This document shows, piece after piece, positions 38,655 through 50,960 of a DNA stretch of 64,000 nt (position 1 is its first letter; every line of letters begins with the position of its first letter). The position numbers and the translations under genes were made by a program. Location: assembly GCF_963921235.1 (NCBI RefSeq), contig NC_086123.1:28954001-29018000 (forward strand), given 5' to 3'. This DNA is from Mobula hypostoma (lineage: Eukaryota). The notes below the pieces were generated by a model. The model was not told where the DNA came from. It worked only from the letters and a program-made list of their open reading frames with translations, and did not search any database.

Positions 38655-39335
38655 AGTGCACCAAGTTCCTGGGAGTTCACATCACGGATGATCTCACCTG
38701 GTCCCTCGACATCACTTCCCTGAACAAGAAAGCTCAGCATTGCCTCCACTTCCTCAGGAGATTGAGGTAAGCAAGGCTCCACCCTCCCCCCATATTAAAT
38801 GAATTTTACAGAAGCCCCATTGACAGCATCCTGACAAGCTGCATCTCGATCTGCTATCCCAGTAGCAGAGCATCAGACCAGAAGTCCCTACAAAGGATTG
38901 TGAGAATGGCCAAGAGGATCATAGGGGTCTCCTTATTATCCATCGGAGGTATTTATCAGGAGCACTGCATACCCACCCATCCATCCAGCATCCTCTTTGA
39001 CTTTCTACCATCAGGCAGGAGACTCCGATGCATAAAGACAAGAACGGTCAGCATGGGAAACTGTTTCTTCCCCCAGGCCATTAGGCTTCTGAACTCGCTG
39101 CCTCATCACATTCGAAGTATCACCGGATAATTTGTACTGTACCTTAGAATATTTAATTTACGCATGTTTACTTTGTTTATCTATACATAATTAATTTGTA
39201 AATTTAATTTTTACTTTCCGGAGTTATTGTGTGCTACATGTAATACTGTACCTTACACCCTGGTCTGGAGAAACATCGTCTCATTTGGCAGTATACATGT
39301 ATATAATTAAATGACAATAAACCTGACTTAACTTG
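38655..39335 (+). mobile_element. Rex/Babar LINE 3' fragment
   Basis: KFLGVHITDDLTWS..KKAQHCLHFLRRL and LFDFLPSGRRLRCIKTRT..FFPQAIRLLN; tail TGACAATAAACCTGACTTAACTT. Confidence 0.85.
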
Positions 39336-40387
39336 GTCTTGAAGACATTGAAATTCAATAACATACTTGCATTAGGAGCCACAGATGGGTATCCTTGAAA
39401 ATCATTGTTTTAAAACAGTAAAGTGGAATTAAAACAGGATGCTTAACCTCTTATTTTTAAGACCCCTGTCATTGATCAAAATGTAGTCTTGATTTTAGTG
39501 GATCTTCACTTACCACAAAGATCTGCTGCACAGATGCGTCTGCACCTGCAAACCAAGTGCTCCGTTTGTAATGGTTGTTATACCGAAAGTTAAAATAGCT
39601 GCCACCACAACCTGTGTGGAATACTACATCACTCTGGCATAACCTTCTGGCAACTGTGTTGTCTCTACAGCAACTCAACACATCAGGATAGCAGATACAG
39701 CCACAGTCCGAGTCATGACTGTTTACCTCATACATGTACCCCTTTGTCTGATAAAGCCTTGTAAGACTGAGTGTTTCCCACCACCTCTTATCAGGGTTTC
39801 TTTCATAAATATTAACAGGGACTATGGTTTGTATTGTCAGCAAAAGGTTACTTTTCTTCCTGGTCTTGTAGAAAGCCTCTGAACACAATGATTACTAAGT
39901 GCTTGTCAGAGGAGAATGACAAGTTTAGTTCACCCCCTGCCAAGTAATCGCACCACCGCACCTGCCTCTTCTGGGAGCTTGCAGTAGCAAGGCAGTGAGC
40001 CAGCTATATTACAGCCTATTAACCAATATAAGGAGAATTGTTTATTGAACAAAAATGCATGAGAGTCCCATTATCTCTCTTTTACAGGTGCAAGGAAACA
40101 GTACAAAAACAGAAATGATGACAAGTTCATTCAGAACAAACAAGCCTATTGTATGCACCATTATAGAAAGAGAGCACTCATGGCTTACAAGAAGAATACC
40201 CACATCTATGAAAGAGCGGCTGATACTTGTTTTTAAATATAAAAGCAAGCAACCATGTACTTCTGGCCATACCATTTGCTCATTACTTTCTAGGTGGAAG
40301 AAAATTCACCCTTCAGCAAGAGTATTTCACGTAGTTTCCAGCGTAAATGGATTCAAGTCATCGTGCAAAAGACACAGAGGAAAGAAC

Positions 40388-40910
40388 TGAATCAGAATCT
40401 GGTTCAATATCACTGGCATATTGCTGTGAAATTTATTAACTTTGCAGCAGCAGTACAATCCAATACATGATAACATTTTATGTATATATATATATAAACA
40501 GTAAGTATATTAAATAGCTAAATTAAATAAATAGTGCAAAAACAGAAATACAAAGTCATGAGGTAGTATTCATGGGTTCAACATCCATTTAGAAATCGGA
40601 TGGTTGAGGGGAAGAAGCTGTTCTTGAATCGTTGCGGGTGTGCCTCCAGGCTTCTAAACTTCCTTCCTGATGGTAACAATGAGAAGAGGGCATGTCCTGG
40701 GTGATGGGGGTCCCTGATGATAGACACCACCTTTTTGAAGCATCCCCAGATACTATGGAGGCTAGTGTGCATGATGGAGCTGGCTAATTTTTACAACTCT
40801 CTGCAACTTACTTCAGTCCTGTTCAGTAGCCCCCCACACCCCCCCACCCCCACCATACCAGACGGTGATGCAGTCAGTCAGAATGCTCTCCATGGTACAT
40901 CTGTAGAAAA
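40388..40910 (-). mobile_element. Rex/Babar LINE 3' fragment
   Basis: FYRCTMESILTDCITVWYG and IIRDPHHPGHALFSLLPSGRKFRSL..FKNSFFPSTIRFLN; (TTCTGA)n tail. Confidence 0.9.
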
Positions 40911-41374
40911 CCGTTTGGCTTCTGTACACAGTAACCTTTTGGTGGATCGTGTTGAGAATCCCTGGAATCTCTAACCCAGGGCTGGAGAATGCTAGATCAT
41001 TCGGAATACTTTCAGATAAATATTCCTCAAAAACAAGGTACTCCGGTGGAAGGACACAACTAAAGTCATTGCTTCCTCTCACCCAAACCAGAGAAAAAAA
41101 TGTCTATAAATAAATTCATATTAGCAACCTTAAACTGGCAAGCAACCAAACACAGCTAGTGAATTTTACCTCTGTGATTATACAGGAGTCAGGGATTAAG
41201 CTCAGCGTCAATGGCTGCATCTAGTTGTGGAGGCAACCCAAAGGAAAAGGAAGAATATCTGAGACTTGTAAGCCCCACCAGAAATTTTGTGGGGTCAGTT
41301 CTGGGTGTTGAGCTCAAAGTAATCAACACTAATATGGTACAGTGAGGGAATAACCTATTAAGAAATCATGATAA

Positions 41375-41822
41375 CCAAGCAAGATGAGGCCATCCTCAGG
41401 ATGGAGGAGCAACACCATATATTCCATCTGGGTAGCCTCCAACCTAATGGCAAAAGTATCAATTTTTCCTTCTGGTGAACAAATTTCACACCTCCCTCCT
41501 CTGTTCCCCACTCGGAACTTTCATTTCTTCTCACCTGCCCATTACTTCCCCTGGGTCCCCTCCTCCTTCCCATTCTCCTATGGTCCACTCTCCTCTCCCA
41601 CCAGACTCCACCCTCTCCAGCCTTTTACCCATCGCACCCACCTGGCTTCATCTCTCACCTTCCAGCTAGCCTCTTTCCTCTCCCCCCACTTTTTTATTCT
41701 GGCATTTTCCTCCTTCCTTCTCAGTCCTGCTGAAGGGCATCAACCCGAAATGTCAACTGTTTATTTATTTCCATAGATGCTGCCTGACCCGCTGAGTTCC
41801 TCCAGCATTTTGTGTGTGTTGC
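41375..41822 (+). mobile_element. Penelope-like element 3' fragment
   Basis: LRMEEQHHIFHLGSLQPNG end of GIY-YIG, then a pseudo-LTR with a degenerate hammerhead at 41722-41759. Confidence 0.85.
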
Positions 41823-43144
41823 TAAAGAAGCAAAGTCTACTAGCGCTAAATGTAAATGTTACAACTAATGGACTAATGAATGGAATAAGGATAGATTACA
41901 ACAGGAAGTATGCATTGTGATTAAAAGCCTTACAACGAAGTTTCAAACTTTCAAAATACATTGTGCATCAACTGCAGTACACAACCCTGAGATTCGTCTT
42001 CCCACAGACAGCCATGAAACAAAGAAAACCATGGGGGCCCCTCAAAGAAAACATCAAACACCCAACATGCAAAAAAAGAACAGATTGTGCAAATGGCAAA
42101 CAAAAATGAATGAAAAACACCGAATATAAAACATCAAACTACAGAGTCATTGAAACAGTCCAGGAACGTTCAGTTCAGCTCAGTTCAACTTAGCACTGTG
42201 ACGTTGGTGAGTGTTATACTGCGATCATTCTAACGATGGAGAAATGTATTTAAGGTCACGTTACAAATGGGAGCCTCAATCAAAGCACCATCATACACTG
42301 TGTCTTTTAAGCAGCAAAGCGCCCCAAAAGATATCAGGAAAGCAACCCAATGCCAAGAAAATAGAGACTCATAAGACAGGAACTGAAGTCAGAGGAACAA
42401 AGTAAATAAGGGCGAATGTTTTGAAATCTAAGTACTGGGACCAGGAAAAGCAAAGAGCTTATGGTTAAAAATGACTAGCCTTTAGAACAGGAAGAAAAGT
42501 CATTAGTAAAGTCTTGAATAGGTAACTTGGGATGTTGCCAATCAGCACTCCAGAAGACTCAAATGTACAGACGATGAAGCTTTGAGTGAAGGTCTCAGCA
42601 GGTATAGTAAGATGGTAACATGTGACCAGGTGACATTTTAGAGGCTGGAGTACACAGTGATAAACTGGATGTGGAAATATAGCAGTAATAGCCTCTATAT
42701 GACATAACTGAATGTGTCATAACTAGAAATACTGCAGTCATGTAACAATCTACAATCCTCAAAGGATTCCAAGTTCAAAGTACAAAGTATGTATAAATCA
42801 TGCAATCTTGAGATCCGTCTGCTTACAGGCAGCCACAAAGCAAGAAGCTCCAAAGAATATAATTTTTAAAAATGACCAACAGCCAATGCGCAGAGAAAGA
42901 GGGGAGAAAACCACAAATCATACAAACAATAAAAGCAAGCAATAGCATTCCAAACCAAATTAAGTCTATCGCTCTGAATCCCACAGCAGCCGGAGTAGGT
43001 CGGTCTCAGTTCATCACATAGCAGGGTAAATCGCCACGAAGCTCACAGACATGAAGCATGTAGCAACCAGAGCAGTCTCCTAGCCTCAGCGCCACAGAGA
43101 GAGGAGTGAGCATGGCAGAACAATGAGCAGAATTGGGTCCCAAC

Positions 43145-44292
43145 CAATGTTCCCTCTAATTTTTAGTAGTCAGTGTGCACAAAAATCTTATGTTGTGCAA
43201 ATTTTTTTCCTGTGACAAAAGTATGTGCGCACTGAATGTACACATGCCACAGTTTATGTAGGTTTACAAAATATTTCACATAAAACTGCACAGAATAACA
43301 ACAAAATAACATACATATTTAAGTCACTCAGTTATTTTTTCTCTCTCTTGTCTTTGGCATTTACTCATTCTTTGTAAACTCTATCTAGACTAATTGAACT
43401 TCCACCCAATTGATAGCTTTTGATTCTCATTAACATATCCAAATGACATTCACCTAAACGGTTTCTCAGCTTGTTTCTGAGTTGTTTCATTAGGCTAAAA
43501 CCTCGCTCACAGTCCGCACTAGACGCAAGAAAGGTTCCCCCAATGTTCATCAATGGTGCAAGGTTGCAAAATTGTTCATTTTGAAGTACAAATGCCACCA
43601 TTTGAGCAAAGTTTGAAATCAGTTTGGATTTAATTTTTTCTTGCACAGAAAATTTGAAATCATTAAACTGTCTAACTATTACAGTATTTTCAGGTAGAAA
43701 ATCATGATATTTTAGACAAAAGGCATTAACCTGTTCATCGCCAAATGTGAAGTCACAATCTGCAATTGTGGAGAAATCAAAAGCTGACCATTCTTGTACC
43801 TCATCTTCAGGAAACCTTTCTTCTAAATGAACACGAAGACTACTTATAAAAGTCAACAGTGAAGTTGTATCTACTGTGACGTTTTCTTCACATTGTTGGC
43901 TTAGCAAAATTTTAACTTTATCGCTCCACAAAACATTGTCTCCCAGATATTGCTTTCTTGTTAATTTTGCCTCGCACAAAATGAAGTGAATCAATCGGTG
44001 TCAGGCCACTCTTTTGCAGAATCTTGCACAGTGTAGCCAGTTCATCAAAGACATCACTTAAAGCCTGTAAAGCTACTTTGTATGCGATGTTTATCAATTT
44101 CTTGTGACAGTACTTAGCCGACTAACTAGTTAACAGAAACATTTAGCCAAAAGATTATTTTCAATAAGTATAATTATTAATTACTACATTATTTTAGGTA
44201 ACTAACCTTTTGTGCGCACATTAATTTCCTTTGTGCACTGGTTGAAAAATGTGTGTGCGCGCGCAAACGTGCACAACTTAGAGGGAACATAG
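43145..44292 (-). mobile_element. Internally deleted hAT transposon (Tip100/ZNF862-like)
   Basis: TIRs CAATGTTCCCTCTAA / TTAGAGGGAACATAG (14 of 15 match); perfect 8-bp TSD GTCCCAAC (43137-43144, 44293-44300). Confidence 0.93.
43365..43994 (-). pseudogene. hAT transposase C-terminal (dimerisation domain) fragment, 209 open codons
   Basis: LASSADCERGFSLMKQLRNKLRNRLGECHLDMLMRIK is the hATC signature; the N-terminal domains are absent. Confidence 0.88.
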
Positions 44293-44867
44293 GTCCCAAC
44301 ACCCTGCCTTTTCAGTCTATCTAGACCTGTGTTTATAGCATCCAAACACCGGGTCATGCTGGGCACTAAGACCTGGGCCCCACCGCAGCGATACACCCTG
44401 GGCCTAGATTTCGCCACTCAGCCTTAGGCAATTCTCAAACTTTTCCAAAACGGCTCGGCCCTTAGATTGATCCAACCTCGCTCCCAGGGTACCAAAACTC
44501 TTCCGCCTGACTCTGCTCTGATTTGCTTGCTCCAACTCCATCTCTGACTCCGACTCCGACACTATCTCGAACATGTTACACTCTGACTTTGTATGACATC
44601 AGCATGGCTCAACCCTCGAGTCAGCTTCGCCATCACTCACCTCTTCATTGTTTGTGTGTTAAGTTTACCACAATTTACCTCAGAAAAAGTGTTATGAATA
44701 ATATTTCTAGTCTTATTTCTTGCTTTTTGAACTACCAGTAAGCTGTCACCTGACTTCAGTAGCATCATCTTAATTCTACAGCAAGAAATGGGAAAAACAA
44801 TGTAGATTCTGGAAATCTGAAACAAAATCCAGAAAATGCTGAAGAAACCCTCCCCAATACCCTTGCC

Positions 44868-45056
44868 TCTCCTTTGGGTGATGACTGCTAACAGATTACA
44901 ATCCCAAGAGCACCTTGTGCCCTGTAAAACTACGCCCAAGATGGTGCCAAGTCATCACAATCTCCTTAGGGTGATGATTGCTAACAGTTTACAGTGCCAA
45001 GAGCACCTTGTGCCCTCCAAAGCTACATCCAAAATAGTGCCAAGTCATCACAATCT
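44868..45056. repeat. 93-bp tandem duplication
   Basis: TCTCCTTTGGGTGATGACTGCTAACAG...GTGCCAAGTCATCACAA starts at 44868 and again at 44961. Confidence 0.9.
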
Positions 45057-45264
45057 GCAGCTGAACGTGTACATGTCCCAGTTGTCTTCACTGAACAGCT
45101 GTCAAGAACAGGAACTAATGCTGCATCCAAAAATATAGAAGCATCCTGCCGTAGCTGAGACTGGATAGTTTATTCAGCAGAGACTTGGGGCCTTCCAGCT
45201 CCAAGCAATTTAGCTGCGCACTGAATAAACTTGCTGAACCAGCAAGAAAATGGAAATAGCTTCA

Positions 45265-46030
45265 TATCAGAATCAGATTTAAAAACACCAGCATATGTCA
45301 TGAAATTTTTTAACTTTACGGCAGCAGTACAATGATAAATAAATATAGAGCATAAAAACTGAGCTACATTAAGTATACATGTGTCTAATAAATAGTTAAA
45401 CTAAAATAAGTAGTGCAAAAAAAAGAAATAAAAAAAAGTAGTGAGAAAGTGTTCATGTTCATTTAGAAATCAAACGGCAGAGGGGAAGAAGCTGTTCCTG
45501 AATCACTGATGTTGTGCCTTCAGGCTTCTGTATCTCCTTCCCAATGGTAACAGGGTGAAAGGAGCATGTCCTGGGTAGTGGGAATCCTTAATGATAGATG
45601 CCGCCTTCCTAAGACACCATTCCTTGAAGACGCCTACAGAGGCTAGCACCCTGGATGTAGCTGACTAATTTTACATGCTTCTGCAACTTACTTCGATCTT
45701 GTGCAGAAACCTCCCCTCCTCCCCGCCCCAAACCAGATGGTGACGTGGCCTGTCAGAACGCTCTCCACAGTGCATCTGTAGAAGCTTGAGACTTTTAGTT
45801 AACAAACCAAATCTCCTCAAAGTCCTGATGGAATATAGCTGCCCTTTTTATAGCTGCATCAACACGTTGCAACCAGGTTAGGCCCTCAGAGATTCTGGCA
45901 CCCAGGAACGTGGAATCTCTCGCTCTCTCTACTTCTGGTGCCTCGATGAGGATCGGTTTGTGTTCCCTTGCCTTACCTTTCCTGAAGTGTAAGACAATCA
46001 GCTCTTTGGTCTTGCTGATGTTGAGTGAAG
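45265..46030 (-). mobile_element. Rex/Babar LINE 3' fragment
   Basis: LNISKTKELIV..FRK..FLGARISEGLTW (ORF 45795-46043) and a 3' UTR collinear with 40388-40760. Confidence 0.85.
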
Positions 46031-47616
46031 CCAACCCATCCATCCTCCACCTTGCAGGTTACCAACAGCAACTTAGAAATAAACTTTGCAGTTGGTTATG
46101 ATCAATCATTCTATATTTGTGGACATCTGAGGATATCTGATCTAACTCTGTAGGAGACACTAACATATGTAATGCTGACAGAACAGGCTTGAAAGGGAAG
46201 AATCATTTACTTTAACCCCCCTGCAATTTTCAGCCTTAGCCCCATCAGATGCAATTTGTCTTTTACATAAAATTTTCCTTATTATTTCCATGGGAGATAC
46301 TGCAACTGGATCCACAGATTTAAAGATTTACAGTTTCCCCACAGAACCTGCAAGCCTGTATCACAACACAAGCTGCTATCAGTTCCCCTGTGGCTGGGCA
46401 TTAATCAAAAAAAAAGCACCGAGGAAAAAATTGTGACTGTGCAATTAATCCCCACTGGCTAAGGTGTCTACATTAAAAGCAGTTTAAAGTTTGTTAACAA
46501 TAACAACCTGGGAACCCCCGAGGAATACAGCTTGAAAATTGCATCTTGGTTGCAAATAGCAGTAAAGTAGAAGTTAAATCACTTGGATTAAGGATGTTAA
46601 TTATTCATCCATTCCACGATAAAATCTGCCTGAGCAAATGCAATGCTCAACTCTAACCTTCATTATAATATCATATAATCACAGTGCCATTTTCTCTCTT
46701 CAAGTAAGACGCATTCCATTTTGAAGATCCATCAGAATTTATGAACATGAAGCAGAACATTTGCTGTTGTCAATGCTGGCTTTAGCAAACCTCACCACGT
46801 AGACAATAGACTAATGCGAGGTTCAATCCGCTGTTCGGACAATTTAAACAGCAGCCCAGATAGACTGGAGGCTTCTCTCTCCACGGTACTACGGCTGTGA
46901 GACTGCCCCCAGCCGCTCTGCTTCATGTCTGTGAACTTTGCGGCAATTTGCCCCGCTAATGTGATGAACTGAATCTTTGGGCCTACTCCAGCCTGCTCCG
47001 GGGATTTGGATCAAAGGACTCAGTTTGGTTCGGAATGCTGCAGGTTTTAAGGTGCTTGGAAGTAGGTACAGAGGTGATGTCAGGGGTTAGTTTTTTTTAC
47101 GCAGAGAGCGGTGAGTGTGTGGAATGGGCTGCCGGCAACCGTGGTAGAAGTGGATACAATAGGGTCTTTTAAAAGACTCCTGGATAGGTACAGGTGTCCC
47201 TTGCTTTTCAAACGTTCGCATTACGAAACCTCACTGTTACGAAAGACCTACATTAGTACCCTATTTTCACTTTCAGAAGGTGTTTTCACTGTTAAGAAAA
47301 AAAATTCAGCGCACGATAAAAGACAGCACGCGCCCCGAGCAGCCACTCTCCCCTGTATTCCGAATTGCTTTGCTTTAACACGTGCCTGTGAGCAGCCGTT
47401 TGCAAGATGAGTTCTATGGTATCGGAAAAGCCTGAAAGAGCTCGTAAGGGTGTTACACTTATGGTAAAAGTAGACATAATTAAGTGTTTCGATTGTGGTG
47501 AACGAAGGAAGGACAAAGTGAGTTTGGCTTGTGGAAGCTGACGAACATGATGTTGCAACACACATCAAAGTTGCTGGTGAATGCAGCAGGCCAGGCAGCA
47601 TCTCTAGCAAGAGGTA

Positions 47617-47653
47617 CAGTCGACGTTTCAGGCCGAGACCCTTCGTCAGGGCT
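47617..47653 (-). ncRNA. Minimal type I hammerhead ribozyme motif in the Penelope pseudo-LTR
   Basis: AGCC-CUGACGA-A-GGGU CUCG GCCU-GAAA-CGUC-GACU; stem I has one mismatch. Confidence 0.5.
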
Positions 47654-47718
47654 AACTGAAGGAAGAGTTAGTAAAAGATTTGAAAGTGGGAGGGGGAGGG
47701 GGAGATCCAAAATGATAG

Positions 47719-48955
47719 AAACATAGAAAATAGGTGCAGGAGTAGGCCATTCAGCCCTTCGAGCCTGCACCGCCATTTATTATAATCATGGCTGATCATC
47801 CAACTCAGAACCCCACCCCAGCCTTCCCTCCATACCCACTGACCCCCGTAGCCACAAGGGCGATATCTAACTCCCTCTTAAATATAGCCAATCAACTGTT
47901 TCCTGTGGCAGAGAATTCCACAGATTCACCACTCTCTGTGTGAAGAAGTTTTTCCTGATCTCGGTCCTAAAAGGCTTCCCCTCTATCCTCAAACTGTGGC
48001 CCCTCGTTTTGGACTTCCCCAACATCGGGAACAATCTTCCTGCATCTAGCCTGTCCAATCCCTTTAGGATTTTATACGTTTCAATCAGATCCCCCCTCAA
48101 TCTTCTAAATTCCAACGAGTACAAGCCCAGTTCATCCAGTCTTTCTTCATATGAAAGTCCTGCCATCCCAGGAATCAATCTGGTAAACCTTCTTTGTACT
48201 CCCTCTATGGCAAGGATGTCTTTCCTCAGATTAGGGGACCAAAACTGCACACAATACTCCGGGTGTGGTCTCACCAAGGCCTTGTACAACTGCAGTAGTA
48301 CCTCCCTGCTCCTGTACTCGAATCCTCTCGCTATAAATGCCAGCATACCATTCGCCTTTTTCACCGCCTGCTGTACCTGCATGCCCACTTTCAATGACTG
48401 GTGTATAATGACACCCAGGTCTCGTTGCACCTCCCCTTTTCCTAATCAGCCACCATTCAGATAATAATCTGTTTTCCTATTTTTGCCACCAAAGTGGATA
48501 ACTTCACATTTATCCACATTAAATTGCATCTACCATGAATTTGCCCACTCACCCAACCTATCCAAGTCACCCTGCATCCTCTTAGCATCCTCCTCACAGC
48601 TAACACTGCCACCCAGCTTCGTGTCATCTGCAAACTTGGAGATGCTGCATTCAATTCCCTCATCCAAGTCATTAATATATATTGTAAACAACTGGGGTCC
48701 CAGCACTGAGCCTTGCGGTACCCCACTAGTCACCGCCTGCCATTCTGAAAAGGTCCCGTTTATTCCCACTCTTTGCTTCCTGTCTGCTAACCAATTCTCC
48801 ACCCACACCAATACCTTACCCCCAATACCGTGTGCTTTAAGTTTGCACACTAATCTCCTGTGTGGGACCTTGTCAAAAGCCTTTTGAAAATCCAAATATA
48901 CCACATCCACTGGTTCTCCCCTATCCACTCTACTAGTTACATCCTCAAAAAATTC
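47719..48955 (-). mobile_element. Young 5'-truncated CR1 LINE inside the Penelope element
   Basis: [37 protein letters not shown] (one premature stop at about 48530) and C-terminus RDLGV..RPHPEYCVQFWSP..RRLRGDLIETYK; (TTTCTATG)n tail; short TAG microhomology at both junctions. Confidence 0.96.
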
Positions 48956-50716
48956 TAGGAGAAGACAGGAGGGGGAGGGATGGAGCCAAGAGCTGGACAG
49001 GTGATTGGCAAAGGGGATATGAGAGGATCATGGGACAGGAGGCCCAGGGAGAAAGACAAGGAGGGGGGGACCCAGAGGATGGGCAAGGGGTATAGTCAGA
49101 GGGAGAAAAAGGAGATTGAGAGAAAGAATGTGTGTATAAAAATAAATAACGGATGGGGTACGAGGGGGAGGTGGGGCATAGGCGGAAGTTAGAGAAGTCA
49201 ATGTTCATGCCATCAGGTTGGAGGCTACCCAGACGGAATATAAGGTGTTGTTCCTCCAACCTGAGTGTGGCTTCATCTGTACAGTAGAGGAGGCCATGGA
49301 TAGACATGTCAGAATGGGAATGGGACGTGGAATTAAAATGTGTGGCCACTGGGAGATCCTGCTTTCTCTGGCGGACAGAGCGTAGGTGTTCAGCAAAGCG
49401 GTCTCCCAGTCTGCGTCGGGTCTCGCCAATATATAGAAGGCCCCATCGGGAGCACCGGACGCAGTATATCATCCCAGCCGACTCACAGGTGAAGTGTCGC
49501 CTCACCTGGAAGGACTGTTTGGGGCCCTGAATGGTGGTAAGGGAGGAAGTGTATGACTATGACTATGAAGTGTAAGGGCATGTGTAGCACTTGTTCCGCT
49601 TACAAGGATAAGTGCCAGGAGGGAGATCAGTGGGGAGGGATGGGGGGGACGAATGGACAAGGGAGTCGCATAGGGAGCAATCCCTGCGGAAAGCAGGGGG
49701 GGGAGGGAAAGATGTGCTTAGTGGTGGGATCCCGTTGGAGGTGGCGGAAGTTACGGAGAATAATATGTTGGACCTGGAGGCTGGTGGGGTGGTAGGTGAG
49801 GACCAGGGGAACCCTATTCCTGGTGGGGTGGCGGGAGGATGGAATGAGAGCAGATGTGCTTGAAATGGGGGAGATGTGTTTGACAGCAGAGTTGATGGTG
49901 GAGGAAGGGAAGCCCCTTTCTTTAAAAAAGGACATCTCCCGCGTCCTGGAATGAAAAGCCTCATCCTGAGAGCAGATGCAGTGGAGACGGAGGAATTGTG
50001 AGAAGGGGATGGCATTTTTGCAAGAGACAGGGTGAGAAGAGGAATAGTCCAGATAGCTGTGAGAGTCAGTAGGCTTATAGTAGACATCAGTGGATAAGCT
50101 GTCTCCAGAGATAGAGACGGAAAGATCTAGAAAAGGGACGGAGGTGTCAGAAATGGACCAGGTAAACTTGAGGTCAGGGTGAAAGTTGGAGGCAAAGTTA
50201 ATAAAGTCAACGAGCTCAGCATGCGTGCAGGAAGCAGCGCCAATGCAGTCGTCGAAGTAGCGAAGGAAAAGTGGGGGACAGATACCAGAATAGGTAGGGA
50301 ACATAGATTGTTCCACAAAGCCAACAAAAGACATGATGTTGATGTTTGGCATCCCATCACCAAGAAGTGACAGATGAAGAGCTGATGCAATTGGAAGAAA
50401 AAAGGATAACAGTCGAAACCAAATGAGTAATGATAAAGTATGACTTTAATTTTGAAAGGGTACGTTGGTTTAGGAGATATTTGCAGGATGGTTTGAGTTC
50501 TTATTAAAGAACTGTGGGATAGAAAAATGCGCGAGGCTCAGCAGTCAAGCAAGCCTTCCACATCAGCCACAGCAGACGACAAACCTCGACCTTCAACATC
50601 GAGGCGGGCAGAGATAGGAGAAGATGAGCTTCCTGTTCTAATGGAAACAGACAACACCTCAGTGTCCCACCACTCCAACCCCCAGGCCACGGACAGATAC
50701 TGTACCGATTCGCGGA

Positions 50717-50960
50717 GAATGCAGCAGGCAGTAGGCGGGAGGCACTCAGCACATCTTTACGAAAAAAGCCGAAATAAACATGCTAATTAATTAGGTGCCG
50801 CCGACACATAATTGTCAGCCCAGATCAGAGACAACGCAATGGCAAATCGGCACTATCTGGGCCGACAATTACATGTCGGGCAGCACCTAATTAATTAGTT
50901 TGTTTATTTCGGCTTTTTTCTTAAAGATGTGTTGTGTACCTCCCGGCTACTGCTGCATTC
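50717..50960. repeat. Long inverted repeat (about 105-bp arms, about 30-nt spacer) inside the Tigger element
   Basis: AAAAAAGCCGAAATAAACA..CTAATTAATTAGGTGC..AATTGTC.GCCCAGAT pairs with ATCTGGGCCGACAATT..GCACCTAATTAATTAG..TGTTTATTTCGGCTTTTTT. Confidence 0.92.

Larger units (their letters stand above)
42770..44771 (-). mobile_element. Near full-length non-autonomous retroposon (AAGATG 5' end, Rex-type tail) split by a hAT
   Basis: 5' end AAGATGATGCT at 44771 (minus); tail ACTTTGAACTT at about 42770; collinear with 12385-12830. Confidence 0.65.
47556..50330 (-). mobile_element. Penelope-like element (RT + GIY-YIG), 5'-truncated
   Basis: 11-bp TSD ACATGATGTTG (47545-47555, 50331-50341); RT motif FLRYFDDC..FLDL..YYKPTD..RLHCICS; GIY-YIG IYCVRCSRWGLLYIGETRRRLGDRFAEH. 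Confidence 0.95.

Noticed and set aside
39469-39888. 139-aa Cys-rich ORF
   Set aside because: No recognisable domain, non-ATG start, and no convincing splice signals; consistent with chance.
40055-40390. Good acceptor TCTCTCTTTTACAG at about 40088 followed by an open frame
   Set aside because: Neither usable phase gives a recognisable peptide; the phase-1 frame reaches a stop without a clear donor.
44877-44960. C/D box snoRNA
   Set aside because: A box C-like GTGATGA is present on both strands, but there is no terminal CTGA box D.
47940-48887. Plus-strand ORFs of 174 and 134 aa
   Set aside because: Antisense shadows of the CR1 RT frame.
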